Below, in pieces: positions 1-2,308 of a DNA stretch of 2,308 nt (positions are counted from its first letter, which is position 1; each line of letters starts with the position of its first letter). A program made the translations under genes and the position numbers. Location of the stretch: NCBI GenBank assembly GCA_000004695.1, contig CH709167.1, positions 1 through 2,308 on the forward strand, given 5' to 3'. The stretch comes from Dictyostelium discoideum. Its lineage: Eukaryota. The notes under the pieces are model-generated. The model was not told the origin of the DNA, made no database searches, and worked only from the letters and a program-made list of their open reading frames with translations.

Positions 1-262
1 TTAATCTGATTTCGGACCCTCCGGATTTGAAATGGGAATTGGGTTTGGCATCAGCTTGAAGTTTGGAAGCAGATGGACTTTTAATCCATTTACGACTTCT
101 TGACAAAAGTTTGGAAGACCCAATTCTTTCCAAACTTGTTTGTGGTGGAACAGACGTCCACCTACTGGTAAGTTTACTTCTTGTTCTTCTGAAAACGGTT
201 GTTGGTACCGTTGGAAGACTTGGTATTGTTGCTACCTGATGCAACATTACTTGGTGATCCAT
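1..262 (-). CDS. Minus-strand open frame from the ATG at 262 to the window edge (87 codons, no stop): MDHQVMLHQVATIPSLPTVPTTVFRRTRSKLTSRWTSVPPQTSLERIGSSKLLSRSRKWIKSPSASKLQADAKPNSHFKSGGSEIRL…. It may be spurious.
   Basis: A stop-free run of 87 codons is unlikely by chance (about 0.5%). However, the composition is basic and S/R/K/P/T-rich, the codon usage is mixed, and the ATG lies only 20 bp from the nearest TATA-like element. The region has a repeated TTGGAAG(AC) motif at 61-70, 111-120 and 211-220, which may keep frames open. Confidence 0.2.
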   Translation of the reverse strand, partial: MDHQVMLHQVATIPSLPTVPTTVFRRTRSKLTSRWTSVPPQTSLERIGSSKLLSRSRKWIKSPSASKLQADAKPNSHFKSGGSEIRL

Positions 263-321
263 TTTTAAGAAAATAAAAACGTATAAATAGTGGCACTAAA
301 AACTAAAACAATTTGATTTAT
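261..321 (+). repeat. Copy 1 of a 61-bp exact direct repeat (atttttaagaaaataaaaacgtataaatagtggcactaaaaactaaaacaatttgatttat). With an 8-nt indel it extends to the shared 'ggaattcc' at 330-337.
   Basis: It is identical to 2105-2165. It contains TATAAATA at 282-289 and lies about 140-200 bp upstream of the ATG at 458. Confidence 0.9.
282..289 (+). promoter_or_regulatory. TATA box (TATAAATA), candidate core promoter for the gene starting at 458.
   Basis: It is a consensus TATA element about 170 bp upstream of the ATG on the coding strand. The intervening sequence is AT-rich with no ATG in a good context. Confidence 0.4.
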
Positions 322-457
322 TTTATTTGGGAATTCCTCCTATATATATTCAAGATACACACACACACAAATTTTATACAAATAATTATTTCTCTTTATT
401 AATTTTTAATATTATTTTTTTTTCTCATATTATAATTTTAGATATCAACAATAAAAT

Positions 458-574
458 ATGTCTACCACTGTTAATAATAATGAAGCCTCTAGTAGTAGTA
501 CCTCTGCCTCTAATAGCGCTGAATCCTTTGATTTAAGAATGAAATCAATGGAGGATCAAATCAACAACAATTGA
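458..574 (+). CDS. N-terminal segment in frame 2 (MSTTVNNNEASSSSTSASNSAESFDLRMKSMEDQINNN*), 38 codons, ending at a TGA at 572-574.
   Basis: Apart from 1031 and 2291, this is the only true ATG with good context upstream of the long ORFs. Its Ser/Asn-rich composition is typical of a yeast N-terminus. Frame 1 is simultaneously open from 532, so a single T gain at 'aattg' (to 'aatttg', 569-573) would fuse the two segments. Confidence 0.4.
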   Translation: MSTTVNNNEASSSSTSASNSAESFDLRMKSMEDQINNN

Positions 575-1092
575 ATAATCATACGACACCACCATCATCA
601 CCCAACATTACAACACCAATAACTTCAGCAGCAATAACCAACACAATAAAGAAATCATTAGGAAAAATTAAAACTGATGATACCGACCACCAGTTGTTAC
701 ATGGTAGCTTCTCTTCTGGTTGTAAAGTCTGTACAACTAATCAAGGTATCCTCTATGGTATTGAGGAAGAAAAAGAAAACCTGATGTTCAAATTCATTGG
801 ATCTTCACCAAACAAGCCAGCTGGAAGTACTTTTGCCAATACTAGCTCCAGAGAAGATGTTCAAGTTATGTGTATCAAGAGATATGGTATTATCGTGTCC
901 AAAGATATTGGTTCAACTATTTATCAATTGGCAAGAAGTAATAATACCGAAACCGAAACCGTCTTAGATGATCTCATTGAAACAGGAAAGTTCGACGAAG
1001 AACTATCAAGATTAGTCTCCTGTGTAACCGATGGAATTAATGGTATTATTTCAACTTGGAATGAAAGTAGAACAATTAGAGTTTTCCAATAA
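571..1092 (+). CDS. Main frame-1 segment of the hypothetical protein, 173 aa. Frame 1 is open from 532 and has no ATG of its own; the track start is TTG.
   Basis: This is the longest ORF in the window and has yeast-preferred codons. It is probably continuous with the 458 ATG segment after a 1-nt frame correction. I recognise no domain. Confidence 0.55.
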   Translation: MNNHTTPPSSPNITTPITSAAITNTIKKSLGKIKTDDTDHQLLHGSFSSGCKVCTTNQGILYGIEEEKENLMFKFIGSSPNKPAGSTFANTSSREDVQVMCIKRYGIIVSKDIGSTIYQLARSNNTETETVLDDLIETGKFDEELSRLVSCVTDGINGIISTWNESRTIRVFQ

Positions 1093-1387
1093 AGTCCGTG
1101 TTCGTTTATTCATGAAGTTATACAACAAGAAAATTCAACACGAGCTCGCTACCAGTGCAAATGCTGTCTACAATAATTCAATTGGGTGGAATGAATTCAA
1201 ATTGGCTGTACAACAAGAGATTTCAATTGGTGAACAATATAATCTCCAAAAGCTCAAGAAGATGTTAGTCATTTCATTTAATGTCCAAGGTAACGTAAGT
1301 ATTAGTGAACACTCTAAAGCTTTCATAAAAAACGTTAACCAATTAAGAAATACCCAAATCAGTTTCCAAATGACGCTGTCCTGTTAG
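1031..1387 (+). CDS. Frame-2 segment of the same hypothetical protein, 118 aa. Frame 2 is open from 1028.
   Basis: It overlaps the end of the frame-1 ORF by about 60 nt with both frames open. A one-base change in the T run at 1081-1085 ('gttttcc') would join ...TIRV to SNKVRV.... Confidence 0.5.
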   Translation: MELMVLFQLGMKVEQLEFSNKVRVRLFMKLYNKKIQHELATSANAVYNNSIGWNEFKLAVQQEISIGEQYNLQKLKKMLVISFNVQGNVSISEHSKAFIKNVNQLRNTQISFQMTLSC

Positions 1388-1524
1388 GATGGTATTTCGA
1401 GACGTTACCAATCCAAGTAAAGGATTCAGATGCAGCATCTACCATCGTTACTTCAGGAACCAATTTGATAGGAGGAATAGGTAGAAGTTATCAACAAGCA
1501 ATCGTTGGTAACATTAACCTCTGA
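1339..1524 (+). CDS. Frame-1 open stretch of 62 codons (PIKKYPNQFPNDAVLLGWYFETLPIQVKDSDAASTIVTSGTNLIGGIGRSYQQAIVGNINL) that bridges the two frame-2 ORFs. It may be coding, or it may be intron sequence.
   Basis: It is the only stop-free frame across 1388-1480 and has a protein-like composition. It also lies inside the candidate intron at 1295-1574. Confidence 0.25.
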   Translation, partial: PIKKYPNQFPNDAVLLGWYFETLPIQVKDSDAASTIVTSGTNLIGGIGRSYQQAIVGNINL

Positions 1525-1786
1525 TATCGGTAGAAACGAAACCGATGCTACTAACAAATTTTATTCCGTTCTAGATTCTTATGTTCCAGTGAAGGAAGTA
1601 AGAATAAACCAAATACAAAATTATAGATTCAATAATTCCAATAGTCAAGGTCGTGCAGGTGGTTCCAATAATCAAGATGAATCTGATGGTCAATATCTTA
1701 GCAATGGATTCAACAATGGTTCAAGATTTAATAATGGCCAAAGATTTGATAATAACTCAAGGTTCTCTGGTAATCCAAGGTTTTAA
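1505..1786 (+). CDS. C-terminal frame-2 segment (open from 1481), Asn/Gly/Ser/Arg-Phe-rich (…NGFNNGSRFNNGQRFDNNSRFSGNPRF*).
   Basis: This is a 93-aa track ORF whose TTG start is not a real initiation codon. It ends at a TAA at 1784-1786, followed by an AT-rich terminator-like flank. Confidence 0.45.
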   Translation: MVTLTSDIGRNETDATNKFYSVLDSYVPVKEVRINQIQNYRFNNSNSQGRAGGSNNQDESDGQYLSNGFNNGSRFNNGQRFDNNSRFSGNPRF

Positions 1787-1925
1787 TATTGGCCCAAGAA
1801 GTTCCAATAATTATGATAGAAACTTAAAAATTTAATTTATTAAATTATATTTTATATTAAATATATATATATATATATATTATGAATAACATTTATTTAT
1901 TTGAATTTCCCAAATATTTAAGATA
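1787..1925 (+). terminator. AT-rich 3' flank of the gene, likely the 3' UTR and polyadenylation region.
   Basis: It carries TATATA-type and A-rich elements downstream of the TAA at 1786 (aataattatgatagaaacttaaaaatttaatttattaaattatattttatattaaatatatat). No discrete hairpin terminator is expected in a eukaryote. Confidence 0.3.
1826..1880. repeat. Left arm of a perfect inverted repeat: aaaaatttaatttattaaattatattttatattaa followed by (AT)10.
   Basis: Positions 1826-1876 are the exact reverse complement of 2200-2250 (51 of 51 nt). The arm begins inside the 3' end of the frame-3 ORF at 1833-1835. Confidence 0.85.
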
Positions 1926-1932
1926 ATTTTTT

Positions 1933-1952
1933 AGAATGTTCTAGAACATTCG
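1933..1952. promoter_or_regulatory. Heat-shock element, four perfect contiguous inverted nGAAn units: aGAAtgTTCtaGAAcaTTCg. It is also an 18-bp perfect palindrome, GAATGTTCTAGAACATTC.
   Basis: The alternating GAA and TTC triplets at exact 5-bp phase match the Hsf1 trimer site consensus, which needs at least 3 units. The element lies about 175 bp upstream of the TATA box at 2126. Confidence 0.5.
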
Positions 1953-1958
1953 AAGAAT

Positions 1959-2083
1959 AAAAAATTTTCGAAAGAAAAGTAAAAATTTCGAACCGGCACA
2001 ATGACGCGATCATTGTGTAAGGTCGAAAAACTGAAAAATTCCGAACCGACACTATGCACAAAGTTGTGAAGGGTCGAAAACTC
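1959..2083. repeat. Imperfect tandem repeat of about 50 bp. One partial unit (1959-1980) is followed by two units (1981-2033 and 2034-2083), each starting AAAAATT(T)(C)CGAACC and ending GGTCGAAAA(A)CT.
   Basis: Units A and B align at roughly 70% identity. CG-containing motifs (TTCGAA, CGAACCG, GGTCGAAAAC) recur in a region that is otherwise almost free of CpG. Confidence 0.6.
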
Positions 2084-2104
2084 TTATTTTTTGAGTTTTG
2101 CGAA

Positions 2105-2165
2105 ATTTTTAAGAAAATAAAAACGTATAAATAGTGGCACTAAAAACTAAAACAATTTGATTTAT
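2105..2165 (+). repeat. Copy 2 of the 61-bp exact direct repeat. It extends to the shared 'ggaattcc' at 2166-2173.
   Basis: It is identical to 261-321. It contains TATAAATA at 2126-2133, about 165 bp upstream of the ATG at 2291. Confidence 0.9.
2126..2133 (+). promoter_or_regulatory. TATA box (TATAAATA) in repeat copy 2, candidate core promoter for a downstream gene starting at 2291.
   Basis: It sits in the same sequence context as 282-289. An ATG at 2291 with A at -3 lies 165 bp downstream. Confidence 0.4.
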
Positions 2166-2179
2166 GGAATTCCGACTAA

Positions 2180-2195
2180 GGGCGGGTGGGATGGG
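2180..2195 (+). other. G-quadruplex-forming motif GGGcGGGtGGGatGGG (G3N1G3N1G3N2G3).
   Basis: Four G3 runs with 1-2 nt loops form a GC island inside sequence that is more than 85% AT, between the TATA box at 2126 and the ATG at 2291. Confidence 0.45.
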
Positions 2196-2199
2196 ACTA

Positions 2200-2250
2200 A
2201 TATATATATATATATTTAATATAAAATATAATTTAATAAATTAAATTTTT
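2200..2250. repeat. Right arm of the inverted repeat: (AT)8 followed by ttaatataaaatataatttaataaattaaattttt.
   Basis: It is the exact reverse complement of 1826-1876. Together the arms bracket the HSE, the tandem repeats, the TATA repeat copy 2 and the G4 motif. Confidence 0.85.
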
Positions 2251-2263
2251 AATTTATATTATC

Positions 2264-2289
2264 ATATATATATATATATATATATATAT
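2264..2289. repeat. (AT)13 microsatellite immediately upstream of the ATG at 2291.
   Basis: The run is seen directly. Further (AT)n tracts lie at 1861-1882 and 2200-2215, and (AC)6 lies at 357-369. Confidence 0.9.
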
Positions 2290-2290
2290 T

Positions 2291-2308
2291 ATGAAATTTG
2301 GACGACAG
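2291..2308 (+). CDS. Possible 5' end of a downstream gene (ATG AAA TTT GGA CGA CAG = MKFGRQ…), truncated by the window edge.
   Basis: The ATG has A at -3, and GC content rises abruptly after a long AT-rich leader. A TATA box lies 165 bp upstream and the HSE about 340 bp upstream. Only 6 codons are visible. Confidence 0.2.

Larger units (their letters stand above)
458..1786 (+). pseudogene. Disrupted or frameshifted protein-coding gene for a hypothetical protein with N/Q/S-rich low-complexity termini. The open segments switch frame in the order 2, 1, 2, 1, 2. It may instead be an intact gene with sequencing errors and/or one intron.
   Basis: The ATG at 458 has a yeast-like A-rich context (aataaaatATGtct). 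Five consecutive open segments occur on the same strand, and short overlaps where both frames are open link each pair. Yeast-like codon usage is present in every segment. A TAA stop at 1784-1786 is followed by AT-rich 3' flank. No minus-strand ORF of at least 60 aa exists anywhere in the window. Confidence 0.45.

Noticed and set aside
168-266. A plus-strand intron GTAAGT(168)…tttttaag(266) at the window start.
   Set aside because: The span has ~40% GC and no TACTAAC branch point. There is no convincing plus-strand exon on either side, since forward frames are closed within 54 codons.
327-536. A 69-aa plus-strand ORF (MGIPPIYIQDTHTHKFY…IIFFSHIIILDINN…) from the track.
   Set aside because: It starts at a TTG, not an ATG. 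It reads through the AT-rich leader and TATA-proximal region and through the real ATG at 458 in another frame. Its composition is I/L/F/N-rich, typical of an off-frame translation of AT-rich DNA. It is a chance ORF.
458-1786. Programmed ribosomal frameshifting (Euplotes-type +1 shifts, or Ty1-type CUU-AGG-C).
   Set aside because: The shifts alternate -1 and +1 and do not occur at AAA-TAA/TAG or CUU-AGG-C slippery motifs. There are no nanochromosome features. Ordinary indels or homopolymer errors explain them more simply.
1653-1835. A 60-aa frame-3 ORF overlapping the C-terminal frame-2 ORF.
   Set aside because: It has a GTG pseudo-start. Its I/V/M-rich translation is the +1 reading of the Asn/Gly-rich codons (AAT, GGT, CAA), while frame 2 gives the protein-like N/G/S/RF-rich tail that ends cleanly at the TAA at 1786. 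Only the last ~25 codons beyond 1786 would matter, and nothing supports a readthrough or a fifth frameshift.
261-2173. LTR retrotransposon with the 61-bp direct repeats as LTRs.
   Set aside because: The repeats are far shorter than known fungal LTRs (over 250 bp) and lack TG…CA termini. The enclosed ORF shows no Gag/Pol features (no CCHC knuckle, protease, RT or integrase motifs), and no primer-binding site or polypurine tract is present. A promoter-segment duplication fits better.
331-2173. An engineered construct, suggested by EcoRI sites (gaattc at 331, 1192 and 2168), XbaI inside the HSE, and SacI, KpnI, EcoRV and AatII sites.
   Set aside because: Six-cutter sites at this density are expected by chance in 2.3 kb. 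No vector backbone, selectable marker or polylinker is recognisable. The EcoRI sites at the repeat ends are part of the duplicated ggaattcc.
1826-2290. A CRISPR-like or other array structure, suggested by multiple direct and inverted repeats.
   Set aside because: The context is eukaryotic, and the repeats are not regularly spaced short units separated by unique spacers. They are one inverted pair, one ~50-bp tandem duplication and simple (AT)n tracts.
1-2308. Dictyostelium origin, suggested by extreme AT intergenic DNA, (AT)n tracts, poly-Asn tracts and a TATA box with a T-stretch.
   Set aside because: Coding GC (~36-38%) and frequent TTG, CCA, AGA, GGT, GTC, TCC and GCC codons are too GC-rich for Dictyostelium coding sequence and fit a Candida-like yeast better. 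The frame junctions are not AT-rich Dictyostelium-type introns.

Overview
The window is AT-rich (very AT-rich outside the ORFs) and looks like a eukaryotic, yeast-like nuclear locus. Codon choices in the open frames (TTG/TTA Leu, AGA Arg, CCA Pro, GGT Gly, GTT Val, few CTG), Asn/Gln/Ser-rich protein ends, an A-rich ATG context, (TA)n tracts and a TATAAATA box resemble a CTG-clade (Candida-like) yeast; this is inference and no database search was possible. The central feature is one plus-strand gene of about 1.3 kb, with an ATG at 458 and a stop at 1786. It cannot be read in a single frame. Its open segments alternate frame 2, 1, 2, 1, 2, with short overlaps where both frames are open (about 532-574, 1028-1092, 1339-1387, 1481-1524). 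This could be a frameshifted pseudogene, homopolymer sequencing errors, or in part an intron (a GTAAGT donor at 1295 and TACTAAC-n19-TAG at 1549-1574). The product is unrecognised: a hypothetical protein with low-complexity N/Q/S-rich termini. The 3' intergenic region (1787-2290) carries several distinct elements. A perfect four-unit palindromic heat-shock element lies at 1933-1952. A roughly 50-bp imperfect tandem repeat rich in (T)TCGAA/CGAACC motifs spans 1959-2083. A second exact copy (2105-2165) of the 61-bp segment at 261-321 follows, and each copy contains TATAAATA about 140-165 bp upstream of an ATG (458 and 2291). A G-quadruplex motif sits at 2180-2195, and a perfect 51-nt AT-rich inverted repeat (1826-1876 versus 2200-2250) brackets the whole module. 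The last 18 nt (2291-2308) may start a downstream gene. Positions 1-262 have no convincing complete ORF. A minus-strand frame is open from an ATG at 262 to the window edge, but its composition is atypical. Nothing here resembles a prokaryotic defence or mobile system. The notable signals are the duplicated promoter segment, the inverted-repeat-bounded HSE module and the multiply shifted gene.
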